A stretch of DNA of 64,000 nt from Asterias rubens. Taxonomy: Eukaryota. The translations under genes were made by a program, and so were the position numbers. Positions 51,701 to 63,945 of the stretch are shown here, piece after piece. The stretch is from assembly GCF_902459465.1 (NCBI RefSeq), contig NC_047073.1, positions 4,898,001-4,962,000 of the forward strand. The letters run 5' to 3'. The notes under the pieces were generated by a model. That model did not search any database, was not told the DNA's origin, and saw only the letters and a list, made by a program, of their open reading frames with translations. Numbering within the stretch: position 1 is the first letter of the stretch; every line of letters begins with the position of its first letter.

Positions 51701-54700
51701 AACAGCTCTCCATTGTTCGATACCAATTTTGTATGCTAATTATTATCATAATAATAATAACCTTACTTATATAGCGCTTTTTACAAAAGCGGTACAAAGC
51801 GCTTTTACGCAAAGCAACCAAACAAAAAGATAAACTACATGTTTTACAGACAAAACAGTGCATTATTTTGAGTAATTACCAAAAGTGTCCAGGGCCTATA
51901 ATAATATTCACGCCCCATTGAAGACAAATTTGTATTCTCACAAGGAATGAATAAATGCATGTTGTTAACCTTCCTTACCGCCAGTCATTAAGCAATTTTG
52001 GCTGGAAATATTATCCCTTTTTGTTTTATTTATCAGACAAATAATGAGCTTGATGAGTCAACTTACACGCATCTCCGATTGTCTCCACTTTATACACGTC
52101 ATACGCGTCGATTATGGAGTCAAAGGTCACGTAGAGTTTGTTCAGAAGTGCGACGACCTCGTAAGGCGAACTGCCGCTGGATAGACTTGTAAACCCAACA
52201 ATATCGCTGCAAGAAAAAACGGGAAAGATCAATGTTTATTCTTGGTTTCCTGAAAATAGCGTATTGGTCACCTATAGTGCGGTATCGGTATCAGCTCCAA
52301 TTTCATTTGTCGTGCTACTGTGATCATCTCGCGGGATTCCCTGTATTCTTGAAGAGTAATGTGGTGCGGGTTCCAAAGAAGGATGGGTGGACAGACTATT
52401 TACCCCCACCTTGATTGTACAACATGCCTGGTATGGACCAGAGGGTTTACCCCCAACATGTTCATGTACTTTAACACACTGTTTTCATCATACACAGAAG
52501 TACCCCATAAAATCTTTCAAAGAATTCACGAGATTTTAAGCACACCCATACCAAACATCAAATTATGGTTTGAATACCGCTAAATTCTGACAGAAAACAG
52601 GTTTAAACCTCAAACAATCAAGCAAGATGGCTGGACAAAAATACAATCAATATTTTGTACACTGACATGACAAAATCGCACCAATATAGGTGATCATAAT
52701 GCGAAGACCTAGTGACGTCACAGTCATGTGGCAGAGCCCCTTGTGAACAAGAAAACAATTCTTCATATGATCGTGGCTTGCAAATGGGCAACCTAAAACC
52801 GCATCCATGTTGTTTCAATCTTGAAAACCTTTCGTTCGCAAATGCAAAAATAGCAGTGCCCATCAGACATTTTGGTGCGGAGCGTGTGAAAATTACCCCC
52901 ATGTGTAACCGGGCCCCCAGTGGACACGGGAAGTCGCAAACCGAGATTTACGTTTTCGCAGATTTGCTATTCATCGAAATGTGGAGTTAAAAAAAGTAGC
53001 CTCATGGTGGTTATCTATTGGAAACTTGTGACACTGCAAATTTTTAACTTTATATTCAGGTGTGGGTTTTGGGAGTTATTAATTGTGGTTTACTTATTCA
53101 GAAAGTGAAACTTTCGGCCATGATAGGTTTATTTTAAAAGGTCAAAAACTGGTTTCAGAGCAGAGTAATGGTGGTTTATTCGGAATATTGTACACACTGC
53201 AACTTCCGTTTTCACAGATTTGCGTTTCATCGAAAATTGGGGTTAAAAAGAGCAAAGAGCGGAGAGCAATGGGCATGGTTACCTATTCAGAATATTTTAC
53301 ACAGAGTGCAAATTGAATTCAACTTTTGTTTGGAGTCAAAACTGAATTGAGAGAAAGCAATAGTAGTTTCCTAATTCAGAATATTGTACATACTGCAAAT
53401 TTTGACTTTATATACACGTTAAGTTTTTTTAAGTTAAAACTGAAGTTGGTCTAACCAACTGGCGGACTTTGTTGGTTCACGGCGAAATAAAATGACCCCA
53501 AAAAGTTTCGAGGCATATGTGCGTTTTATTTATTTATTTTTTTGGACATCTTTCAACCAAAAAAAGCAGCCTTTAAATCCAAAATCGCCCCATCCAGAGC
53601 AATGTGTCCTTAGTATTATTCGGATCCCTACACAGGATAGCCGAATCTTTAATTTTGAATTATGTATACTTCTACTAAAAACTGCACCTAACAAGGAATT
53701 GAACATTTCCAATGAGCTTTTTTGAGGCATGGTGGACACGATGTTGTGCCAAATTATTAGGTTTGGATACAATTAATAATGTACGATACACCCAACCAAA
53801 CAATGCACTCCTACACAGGCTAGTATCGTACAAGGTGAAGACAACCGTTAATAAATTCGAATACAAATCATAATGTGGTTGTTTTTCAATAGATAAATCA
53901 CGTGAAAAGCTGTTTTCCCATAAAGAATCCAGGTATTGCCTCAAATCACTTTGGCAAAATGCAATCTTTAATCCATATTCTGAGGGGACAGGTCTAGTAT
54001 TTGTAAACCGGGAGGCGTAGAAATTTTTCATCAAACGCAAACGAAAGAGTGGACTTTGTCCTTTAAAAGGAGCTCACGAGGGGCGCGCGTGTGGGTAATG
54101 GCAGATGAGTTGTCCCGCCTAAAAAGGTCTCGCCTGCTCGTTTTCAACGACCTGTAATTCGACAAACAACCCTTCCGTAATGGGTTTACTCATCGCTACC
54201 CTAGGGGGCAGGAAAGACCGGCTTGATGTAATGGGACAAGATTTAGAAAATAGCACCTGGGAAAGAGTCTACGTTTTTGTACTAACGAGGGCCACGTTCT
54301 GTGGATTGCTTGAACATCATTGCGACGCTTTATACGGCGTTAAAAGCTTTTTAATTTGGTGTTCGAAATCAATGAATGGGGGGGGGGGGGCTGCGGAGGG
54401 GGGGGGGGGGGGGTGTCACCATGCTGTAAAGAGACCTTTGCTTGCTTTGTTGGTGGCAGTTCGAAACCATTAACAAAGCACTTCCGTGTGTTTGAACTTC
54501 CGTTATAGACAGAGCGTGTGAAGAATGGTTAATTTTGGCGTGTACATTCGCGGCCGTTTTGGCGGGGCCAACATTCACGTTTGGCGGGAAAACCAGGTTG
54601 AATGGTGTGATCGTGCTTCGTGCCATTTCAATGCCACGCTGGAATGAATGTTTTCTGAAATCTGATTTGACATTACGTGCTTGCGCAATTCCTGCCCCGT

Positions 54701-57700
54701 TGTTTAACAGTATTTCGTGACACTGCGCAACCAAGTCCTGTAGCGAAATCCGCACGGACTTTTTAATAGAAATTCTTACGTTTACGTAAAGCTGCTTTAT
54801 TATACAAAAGATAAAACTTCTGCAAATGAAAAGTGCGCTGGGAATCACAACTAAGTAAACGTAACGTGGTATATTGGCTGGTAACACTAACCCTTGTAGG
54901 CTACATTGTGTTGCGTAATAATATCGAAGTCTAATACAGCGCACGTATCTACCAAACAGGGTACTCAAGGCGCTGAGTATATACAAACTTTCAGAAAGAT
55001 AGGTTATTGCAGTGATGGATTCTGAGACCCAATTATGTAGCACTTATAAGGGTTTACAAGGTGCTACGGCGCATAAGCAGCCACAACCAGGAACACCAGG
55101 GCGAAACGGCCCTTCTCTTTTCGATAAGTGCACTGGGTTCTTTTACATGCGCTACACAACACATGGGGCCAACGGCTTTACGTCCCATCCGAAGGACGAT
55201 GCAATAAAGTCAATCAAGTGTCACGGCTGGGGATTAAACACACAGTCTCTTGGTTGTTATCTAATGCATCCATGCCCTGTAAAATAGTAATTAATTTTTT
55301 CACTATGCATGACCCTGAGTGACAATGAGTCCCAGCAGAGCACGGGATATAATTGGTTTGCAACGTACCCATGTTGTTGTACATTTTCTCACAAGCTTTG
55401 TTCATGTTGTTAAGAGGGCTTGCTTTGCATTATTTTTCTTTGAACAGGTGTAGTTTACATGATCAAGTATACCTGGGATAACCTAAGCTTATCTGTTTAT
55501 AGAAAAGTTTGCTTATCTGTTTACTTAATTAATGATGTTTTATAGTTTGGTTTCATAATATTGACACATGACATACTGATTTTGTACACACAAAATGCTG
55601 CCATTACACGTGGCATGCTTCAAGCTTAGGTAGGATATCATAGCATGCTGACCACTGTGTTCAATGCGGTTAAATCAACAGATAACGGATCGCAGCATTA
55701 CAGGACTCGAAAGATTCTGATCAATGACGGTTCATGGACGCTCCTCCTTGCGAACTACCATCCAAATTCAATCTCTGTATTTCGAAACGTACTGTAGACC
55801 TACTAATATGCTTGTAAGCCTAATTGTATATTCGGAATAAAGGGATTTCGTTATTGGCCACCTTTGCACTTACAATTTACAAGTATAACAGTGCCGATGG
55901 GCGTTCTGACTGGGGGTGTAGAGATTCCATCCTCGAAATTCCATACCGAGAATAAAGCTGCAAATTTTCATTTTGTAAACGGTACAATAAACCTAGTTTT
56001 TTGTTTTGCATTTCACACAAACACCGCTGAGCAGTGGGATTCACGGCGGATCAAAAATAAAATAAGGCAAACAAAAACACCGTAAAGTGTTAACATCTCG
56101 AGTGACTCATCCCCGTATATCTACTTTTTAAAAGTATGACACGTTAATCTACGACAGTAGCAGAATAATGCATAGGGAGCCAGACGATTACCAGACTCAC
56201 ACTTTTCTTTGCATCGGGGAGTGTTTTAAAATGCATTGGACGACAATCACACACTGTATTCTCTGCACGGTGGCAGCCTTGTGTTCTCGGAGCTGAAACC
56301 ACGTTGGACTAATCAATACGTGACTTGAATGCTCTATAAGTTTAAACCCTGCACTTTCCAGGAGAGCTCAAGGAAAGGGACCGAGAATGAAGAGTGAATA
56401 TGGATTCTTAAACTTGAATCAATCTTTTCTCAAGAGGCTGGAATCATTTTATTTATGGACTGGAAGTACAAAACAGTATCTTTTTTTAACAGTATTATTG
56501 CACCGTCACGTAGGAGGAAGTTTCAATAATAACTTGACCGATACTTTGGACATTAAAATTGGTTTGGTATTGGACTCATTGGACACTCGCATAAATTTGT
56601 ACAGCGAATTTCTGCTTTTATATTTCAATGTTGGACATTCATTTGCGGTTGCTACAGTGAATGTCTACTTTTCAATTGGACATTGGAGATTGCTATACAA
56701 ACCTACGTGAAACGGAGCTCGCGTGTTTGTAACCAGAGGAAATGACAGGCGTTCTTTTCTGGGGTACCACACAATGATGATACTTATGGTGTCGATTGAA
56801 TGATTACCACAAGCGACATTGTGTATCTGCTAAATAAAGTAGGCGATTTGGGGTCAACAATATCTTAAGTTCAAATAGACTTAGCCAAACGAACAATTTC
56901 TACAAATAATAAAGGGCGCCACCAAGAGAAACGGAATGATCAATACAGCAATGGAATCTGTACAGGGACACGGACAAAGTGCACCATGGGGTAACTTCAC
57001 TGATGAATGGTAATGGCCTAACACTGCAGGCACTGGTTGATGTGTTTATACTCCAAATGAGCAAAATAACATGTCTGAAGCTCAGACAGCGCCCTCATTG
57101 AGAGGTCCAACAAGACCTTACATTATCTTGGGGGGGGGGGGGGAGACACAGGGTAATTTATGTGGGATACAGAGAATAGTTTGCCACAGCTGCTTCTCGT
57201 TTGTAGAATTAGTTAACACTGCACATACTGCTAAACGTGTAGTTCCTTTAAGTAATTTTAAATCTCAACTAAAACGCATTATATGTATTTAGTCTTCTCT
57301 CGCCAATTGTAACTGGTCACTTTCAAGTTATTTATATGTGAAAGTATTAATATCACGTTTTTGTATTGTAATCTGTTAGACGCTTTCAGTGCTCTCACAA
57401 TAGGCAATGTACAGGCAACCAGTTCTAGGCAATCTACAAGAAGAACAGCCATTCACATTCCAGTGTTCACAAATTTTTCTCGGGGACCGACTGGAACAAT
57501 TTTTTTTTAAATTACTCATTATGCTACCAAATTGTTCATGTGCACTGCAGTTGGTTTTGGTTGTCATATACGGCATGCACCGACATGCCCTATATAAGGG
57601 TGGACACGTGCACATTTTAAATTCTTTCAATATTTGATATTGACCAAAACCAAGGAGGCTGAAAACACGTATAGGCCCTCGTTATGTAGGTCTTGTCTTT

Positions 57701-60700
57701 ACAGGTCCAGGGAACCTGATCAAAAATGGAATAATTGAGCTTTGAACGTACCTGAAGAATATTGTGCAACTTTCAAAAGACTCGGCTTTGGATGGGATCC
57801 CCTGCCGTAAGTTGTCTGCAACGGGTTTGGGCAGCATACCTAGGCAGAAAAAAGACACGGTGAGTTGAAACATTAGCCATTTTTTGTTTATTTCAGACGT
57901 CTGCAAATAATTGGAGCTCACTGTTGTGAAAGAAAGTGGGCCACGACTACGGTTGGGGGTACATCTTCTGTATTTGCCCGTCACTGCGTTTAATTCGTGT
58001 TTACCACAGCTTCTAGTTTAAAGGTCATGCTAGCGTGAAACGGTGATTAAAACACTCGCCAAGGCCGTTACGAAGAGTGTAAATATCACCGTACAAGACG
58101 CATGCGGTCAAGCAGGGTGCGATTTCATGGCTCTGCTTACCGCCGAATTCCGCGCTTACGATCACCATTCTCCGCTTACAGGGTAAGTGCCGAATTTCTG
58201 CGCTAGCTGTGTATTGAGCACAGAATGCCTAGTAATGTGGAATGCGCAAGCGCAGAAGCCATCCCTGTTAACCCGTGAAGTACGCTTGACGCCTTGACGT
58301 AAGCGCGGGATTCCCTGCTTCCGCAAGCGCCTATTCCTTGCTTACTGTAAGCAGAGCCATGCAATTAGGCTGCAGGTCTCTAGTCTTTGTAAAATGCCGG
58401 TGAGGCTGTATGTAGTTCACACTTGGCGTCACACAGGGTTAAGTCGGCCATCTGTAACTGGCAACGATAAGCCATTTTCTGAACGCAACGTTATGCGTTA
58501 ATACGCATGTGTGGCAAGTGGAACTTTTATCAAATTTCTTGCATGATTTGGTCGGTGAACCACTTGGCCGAGTAGACAGATTGGAATGTTTGATGCAGCT
58601 CGTAGCCAATAATGAAATGTTGGCGTTCATTGGGGAAAACAATATATTTGTCATGCAGCCCTCATGTTTTTCAAATGTAAAACATAAAAATCAGAAATAT
58701 GGAATAGAAAACCAACCTTAGATAGCTTTAAACAATTATTGTATGTTACATGAAAATATGTACGGAGTGGGCTGGACAAATTTCTCTAACTAAAATTGTG
58801 TCTCCAGTTAAGTGCAAAATAAAACCTAGAACAGAAAAGCGGGTTTTAGGGGTGTGCCAAAATAGCATGACTTTCCTTTTAATTTCACTGCCTTTAAAAA
58901 CAAGTCGGTTAGGAACCAAGTCTTGTAACATCTTGTCACCAGGAGGTTTGTCAGAGTTAGTACAAATCAATTGCGAAAGGGAGTTTCTAGTGTGAAAGGG
59001 GCTTAGTTTTATCTTCCTCAATATTGTTCTATATGAATGTTAGTGTTTTTGTCCGTTGTGTTTGAATCGAGGCCAGTTTTAATTTCTCAAGTGTGTGATA
59101 ACAAAGTTGTTATCTTATCTTATCTCATTTATCTGAATATTATTATCTACACAACTTCATCATCGATATTTATATGGTGCTTTTTGGCGAGCATTGGGTA
59201 TAAACATGTTAATTCAACACAAACAATCACATATCTTACCTTCCACAAACCTGTATCACTAAAACCTTGTGAACTACCCTTCAACGAAACCACATTAATC
59301 ACAAATGTCAATTATTTTGACAAAATTAATAGTTATTTACACAGGAACCTTTTCAAATTCAGAGGATTGTCTCCTGCAGACAACATTCCAGCTATTAAAA
59401 CAACAACTAGATCATGTGGTATTCCCAGCAACGCTTTAATGTGCCGTTCTTACTAAATGTTTAATTTGTTTGTACAGCCACACATCAGGGGAATTGTAAC
59501 TCGGAGACAAGTAACGATATTTGTCTCACTTAACCTATAATTCTACTTTTATAGGCCAGTCTGATCCAACCCGCCCACTTGCTTTAAAGGCACCGGACAC
59601 TATTCGTAATTACTCAAAATAATTGTCAGCACAAAACAACTTACTTGGTAACGAGCAATGGAGAGCTGTTGACAGTATAAAACATTGTGAGAAACGGTTC
59701 CCTCGGATGTAAAATGTAGTTTTTGAGAAAGAGGTAATTTCTCAATAAAATATCTGAATTAAATTGGAGACCTCAGATGAGGTATCGAATTCAAGGCGTC
59801 TGAAAGCACACAACTTGTGCAACAAGGGTGTTTTTTCTTCTATTATTCTCTTACAACTTCGACCACCATTTGAGTCCAATATTTCACAGGTTTGTTATTT
59901 TGTGCATATATTGAGATACAACAAATGAGAAGACTGGGTGTAACTGTGCCTTTTAATGAGCTATCAGGTTGCGTTTTCACCAACGATGTTGTCCCGAAAA
60001 CGTGATTTCAAGTATAGTTACCGTGCCGTGCTATTCCCAGCTTTATTTTAACAGAGAAGTGTTGGGGAAATAGTTCAACCGAGAAAGTGTGACCCTTTTT
60101 GACCATGTTGGTCGGTAGTGAATTTGTTTCTTGAATTTGTTTTCGCCTTAAATTACAAAGGCCGGACGGTTGATTCAAGGTGAGGGCTACTACACTTAAC
60201 CGATTTGGGTTATCGACCCAGTCAAGACCCACCAGGCCAGGAGCACGTTGCCAACTAATCCTACCTGAACCAGGGTTACCATCTTAACTGTCCATAAGGA
60301 TGTTTGCATGGGTTTCATCCACTTGAAGAAGGGCTGAAAGAGCGGAATGCACTTCTAATTTCCCAACAGTTTTCGACGCAATTATGTTTTTTGAATAAGT
60401 GCCTTGCTCAACACCTGAGCTCGGGTCCGGTAAACTAGACCGCTGGACCACAAACACGCCATGTTCAAAAACATGAGCTGGGTACCAGGCAATAGACCGT
60501 GCAAGTCTTTCGCGCATTATTTCAATGTTTTTAGACCACTTGGTCCCGGTGAACATTGCTTAAAGACACTGGACACTATTGGTAATTGTCAAAGACCAGT
60601 CTTCTCACTTGGTGTATCTCAACATATGCATAAAATAACAAACCTGTGAAAATTTGAGCTCAGTTGGTAGTCGAAGTTGTGAGATAACTATGAAAGAAAA

Positions 60701-63199
60701 AACAACAACTTTGTCACACGAAGTTATGTGCTTTAAGGTGCTTGATTTCAGGACCTCAAATTCTAAATCTGAGGTCTCGAAATCAAATTCGTGGAAAATT
60801 ACTTCTTTCTCGAAAACTACGTCACTTAAGAGGGAGGCGTTTCTAACAATGTTTTATACTATCAACCTCTACCCATTACTCTTTACCAAGTAAAATAATT
60901 ATTTTAAGTAATTGTCAACTGCCTTTAAACTTGTGATGAATGAAACAAACTTGCACACAACCTAAACGGTCGCAATGTTTGGGAACGGGCCGGGCGAGAC
61001 TTACACAGTCTATATCGGCCTCAGTCGACAAAAACACAAGCCTCGCTACGAGGGCAGCGCACCGTATCACTACCTCTCGCTGTTAAAAAAAAACGCATTG
61101 GGGAATACAGGATACAAGACTTGGGTTGTGCTTCTTTTGGACCTAAAATAACGTCCAGAAACCACGTGAACGACGAAAACTTATCCCTCTGTCGCAACTC
61201 TCTCAATATATATACAGCTCTGGGTGAAGAACTAGCAAGGCATGTTGAGGAAAAAAGTGGTGCTATACGGGATCGATCACCCCGGGGAACGAGGTCGACA
61301 AAAGATGTCATTGAGTGAAGTTGGCCCAATGTGTCCCCAAAAGGTTCACACTATTAAGCACGCTACGCCCTTCTCCCGATTTGGTATCGCTATTTTTGGC
61401 AGATGGTATCGACATTAAGTGCCACAATGTGACAGCACCTTTGAGAAGGGCACACAGGGTCATCCTTCCACCCCAATTCCATCCCAATTAGTTTACTTTT
61501 ACCCTAACCAGAACTTCCCCAAAATAAGGATATAAATAAATGTTCTCGAGCGGACAACTACATGTGAAAAAAAGTGTAGTCCATTCGAGCTGCACTTCGA
61601 TCGATACGAGCTAAAAATGTCCTCCCTAACTCGGCCCTTCCGACAGTTGCATCACCTCCCTCTGGGATTTGTCACTCAGTCTATCTTTGTGTGTGTGTGC
61701 CACACGGTAATAGCCCCGACCAAACTGCAAGGGTTATATGATTGAATTATCAACTACAACTTCTTCTTTTTCTGAGCAGTAATCTTTAAAAGCAAACGAG
61801 TAAAAGGGAAAGGAGAATCGAAACGACAGAAATCTTCGCTTGAATTCAAGGCACTGTATAACAACGTTCGGGCACAATGCCCTTTTCATCGTGGTTGTTT
61901 CCAATGGGGACATTTTAGAAGACCGGTGGGCTTTGGAACGTGACACGCTCACCGTTGAGTCTGTCGTTGCAAATACTGTCAAGATATTGAGATGTTGGGA
62001 CTGGGGAATCAGAGCAAGTCAATTAATGATTGCAAATTTTGAAGACATGTAAGACTGGATGGGGGCTCTGCATAGAAACACAACATAGGGAGACTTTCGG
62101 GCCGAGTTCGGGCGGTTTATTTTTTGAATAGTCGAGAACAAGTAGTATCGCCGTTCTTGTTTCATCCGCTCAAACGACGATGTGATACAGCACAACGAAA
62201 AGCGATTCGGTACTGGCCAAAATAGATTTTAATTTTGTACAGTAGGAAACCTGACGTAAGAAAGTGAACTAACGTTCGACCTTATTCTTAAGGGATGACA
62301 GTATAAAGTCTAATGTTAACTTTTATCTTGAACTATAACAATCAATATTAGAGTAATTTGGCATGTAATTTACTCATTCTCTTGAGATATTGCCGCCATT
62401 TTCTAAAGTGTTATCTCGAAACCCAGATGAATGATGGTGTTTGATCTTGTTCTGAGTTTATTGTTCTCGGGTAGCGTTCTCATCGTTCGGGCGTGCGAAC
62501 AGTGAACTTGTGCAAAGAACACAAAGCCCTAACTCATCCTCCAATGGGACGTAAAGTCGTTGGTCCCGTGTGTTGTGTAACGCACGTAACCCAGTGCACT
62601 AATAACGAACAGAGAAGGGGTTCGCCCCTGTGTTCCTGGTTTGACTGGCTGAATATTGCGCCATAGCACCTTGTAAACCATTACATAATAATATTGTCAA
62701 AGACCAGTTGACGTACTACCAAACATGTCCAGAAGCGTCACTGAGTGACGGATATGCGCATAAAATCCCCATCACACTAAACCCGTTCTCACTGCGTTCT
62801 GAAAAATGTAGTCTTGGTGCAAGAAGTGGTTCACACTATCACTCATCTATCGCGATCCCCCGCTCGCTCCCTACTTGCCGTGCACATTACTATCGTCTGG
62901 CAACAAGACTACATGTTTCAGGACGTAGTGAGAACGAGTTCGAGGTGATGGGGGTATACAGAAGCCACTTTTGTGTATTACTTACTGTAGAGAAGACGAT
63001 CCGTTTTTTGTTTCTCCAACTCCAGATCTTGTGTCCTCTCATTCACGAGCGCTTCCAGATGTCTGGAGTACTTCTCCATGAGTTGCATCATCATGTCGAC
63101 GGGGCTGAGCTTGTTGGGGTTGATACTGTGTATCGTCGTCTTGATCTGGGAGAAGGTTGGCCGCAGGGTCGGGTTGGTCTGCCAGCATCTTTCGATGAG
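40773..63199 (-). CDS. Receptor-type (membrane) guanylyl cyclase, 3' part, 5'-partial: join of 62986-63199, 57752-57839, 52067-52206, 51201-51353, 50577-50675, 45161-45252, 43813-44002, 40773-40834
   Basis: Eight GT-AG exons splice in phase (214+88+140+153+99+92+190+62 = 1038 nt). Product: [20 protein letters not shown]...[36 protein letters not shown]...FSDIVGFT...[16 protein letters not shown]...[37 protein letters not shown]...[10 protein letters not shown]. These are canonical kinase-homology-end, coiled-coil and class III cyclase motifs. The guanine-specifying Glu (KVETI) and Cys (RYCLF) are present. The orthologue was not identified. Confidence 0.96.
43813..44002 (-). CDS. Guanylyl cyclase exon: GKGIMITYW plus start of the C-terminal tail
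   Basis: cctctctcag|GGC AAA GGA ... TTA CCA G|gtaggt. The 5' boundary is certain; use of the donor is inferred. Confidence 0.88.
45161..45252 (-). CDS. Guanylyl cyclase exon ([31 protein letters not shown])
   Basis: catccctacag|CC CTC AAG ... GTT AAG|gtaact. Confidence 0.95.
46001..46523. mobile_element. GC-rich foldback element with ~95-bp imperfect inverted arms
   Basis: Core 43-bp arms at 46054-46096 and 46411-46453 (4 mismatches); similarity extends to ccaaccgtat / gtatacgggttgg. Confidence 0.75.
48850..48922 (-). tRNA. tRNA-like Pol III unit (anticodon-position GTT), probably not a translational tRNA; copy 1
   Basis: GGCTAGA TA GCTC AGTTGGTA GAGC G CCGGC ACGTTAA ACCGG AGGTC GTTGG TTCAAAT CCCGC TCTAGTC A: a 73-nt cloverleaf with A and B boxes, followed by ATTTT. 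It has A32/C33 instead of Y32/U33, and C-A and T-C mismatches. Confidence 0.6.
49168..49240 (-). tRNA. tRNA-like Pol III unit; copy 2
   Basis: Same sequence as 48850-48922, shifted by 318 bp. Confidence 0.6.
49852..50290. mobile_element. Older TTAA-flanked Kolobok-like MITE
   Basis: ttaaaggcaaac ... gtccgtctttaa, with internal gtgacgtcac and gccgccatgtt; the TIRs are degenerate. Confidence 0.5.
50577..50675 (-). CDS. Guanylyl cyclase catalytic exon ([33 protein letters not shown])
   Basis: aatcacag|GC TCC ... GGC GAA G|gtttgt. This frame is not in the supplied ORF track. Confidence 0.97.
51201..51353 (-). CDS. Guanylyl cyclase catalytic exon (YMVVSGIP...RAGIHS)
   Basis: tctcctcag|AT ATG GTC ... 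CAT TCG G|gtaatt. Confidence 0.97.
51437..51900 (+). mobile_element. TTAA-MITE family B variant with a nested ~100-bp retroposon tail
   Basis: ttaaagccactggacacctttggtaact ... gagtaattaccaaaagtgtccag; extra sequence at about 51750-51860. Confidence 0.85.
52067..52206 (-). CDS. Guanylyl cyclase catalytic exon (DIVGFT...[10 protein letters not shown])
   Basis: ttcttgcag|C GAT ATT ... GAT GCG T|gtaagt; carries both metal-binding Asp residues. Confidence 0.97.
54916..55245 (-). mobile_element. Near full-length SINE with Deu-type central domain and L2-like tail
   Basis: On the minus strand: tcggatgggacgtaaagccgttggcccc...aaagaacccagtgcact...aagagaaggg...tgttcctgg, with tail gtgcgctgtattagacttcgatattatta. 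Resembles the DeuSINE consensus as I remember it. Confidence 0.8.
57752..57839 (-). CDS. Guanylyl cyclase exon ([30 protein letters not shown])
   Basis: ctgcctag|GT ATG ... TTC AG|gtacgt; phase 1 to phase 2, matching both neighbours. Confidence 0.95.
58113..58372. mobile_element. MITE
   Basis: atttcatggctctgcttac / gtaagcagagccatgcaat. Confidence 0.85.
59584..59956 (-). mobile_element. TTAA-MITE family B
   Basis: ttaaaggcaccggacactattcgtaattactc ... actgtgccttttaa. Confidence 0.88.
60560..60928 (+). mobile_element. TTAA-MITE family B, reference copy
   Basis: ttaaagacactggacactattggtaattg ... aattgtcaactgcctttaa; TTAA on both sides. Confidence 0.9.
62535..62685 (+). mobile_element. Deu-domain SINE fragment
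   Basis: atgggacgtaaagtcgttggtcccgtgtgttgtgtaacgcacgt...agagaaggggttcgcccctgtgttcctgg; same family as 54916-55245. A further fragment lies at 49681-49790. Confidence 0.8.
62986..63199 (-). CDS. Guanylyl cyclase exon: end of kinase-homology domain plus dimerisation coiled coil
   Basis: Polypyrimidine tract, then aagTAG|CTC ATC GAA ... CTC TAC A|gtaagt; 71 codons + 1 nt (LIERCW...DRLLY). Confidence 0.95.
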
Positions 63200-63446
63200 C
63201 TACTTAAAGAGAAAGGAAATTGGAGATAGATGGATTAATTAGAATAGTCTCAAGAAATTATTGTATTTGGTGGTTATAACAAAAAACATCGTTGGAATAG
63301 AGCAAAGTAACTTATCTAAATAATAATGACAATATATTGTCATTTATTGTCAACAAAAAACAGTGAATAATTGTTTTCTATAACACTCCTGTTTAAAATT
63401 GTTTATCACGGAAGACGCATTGTTGATCAAGCATGTAGCCAATTAA

Positions 63447-63513
63447 AGAGAAGACAGACAGACAGAGAGACAGACAGAGAGACAGACAGACAGACAGACC
63501 GACAGACAGACAG
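63447..63513 (+). repeat. (GACA)n microsatellite
   Basis: Directly visible. Confidence 0.95.
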
Positions 63514-63604
63514 ACGGGGGACGGACATTCTTATGAAATTGGGCCAACACACTATGGGCTGTTCGAGTTTCTGTTCCTTTTTTTATTCCTGTTTTTTTTT
63601 TACT

Positions 63605-63945
63605 TTCTTGTTAAAAACATTGTGGGGTGAATCCCACATTCTGTCAAAACACTCTACACGTACAGTTCCTATACCTACAAACCACCCCACAACGTCTGTC
63701 TTATTTTAATAGAACGACATTGTTGACTTTTCCCATTTCTTTTCTATCACCCGTTTCTTTATTCTTCTTGTTAAAATCCTTGTGGGGTTAACGCTTCAGT
63801 GAAAAAACCTCCGTAAAATACAGTTCCTACCTAAGGGCAGTGTGACTACTTTAGAAGGGCTACATTATGGGCTTTCTTTAGGTCTTGTCTATTATCCCTT
63901 TTCTGTAATCTCTCCAGTTAAAAACATTGTGGGGTAATTTAGTTT
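63605..63945 (+). repeat. Degenerate ~150-160-bp tandem repeat, 3 partial units
   Basis: gttaaaa.c.ttgtggggt at about 63610, 63771 and 63918; tacagttccta occurs twice. Confidence 0.55.

Noticed and set aside
54369-55043. 224-aa minus-strand ORF
   Set aside because: Starts inside a Deu SINE and ends in a poly-C run; no recognisable domain.
56088-56775. Possible solo LTR (TG...CA, TATA-like box)
   Set aside because: No matching TSD, PBS or PPT, and no second copy in the window.
40773-63199. Assignment as the sperm-activating-peptide receptor cyclase or as NPR1/NPR2
   Set aside because: The sequence differs from those proteins as I recall them, and the extracellular domain is outside the window; no gene symbol given.
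62708-63229. 173-aa plus-strand ORF
   Set aside because: Antisense shadow of the cyclase exon 62986-63199.
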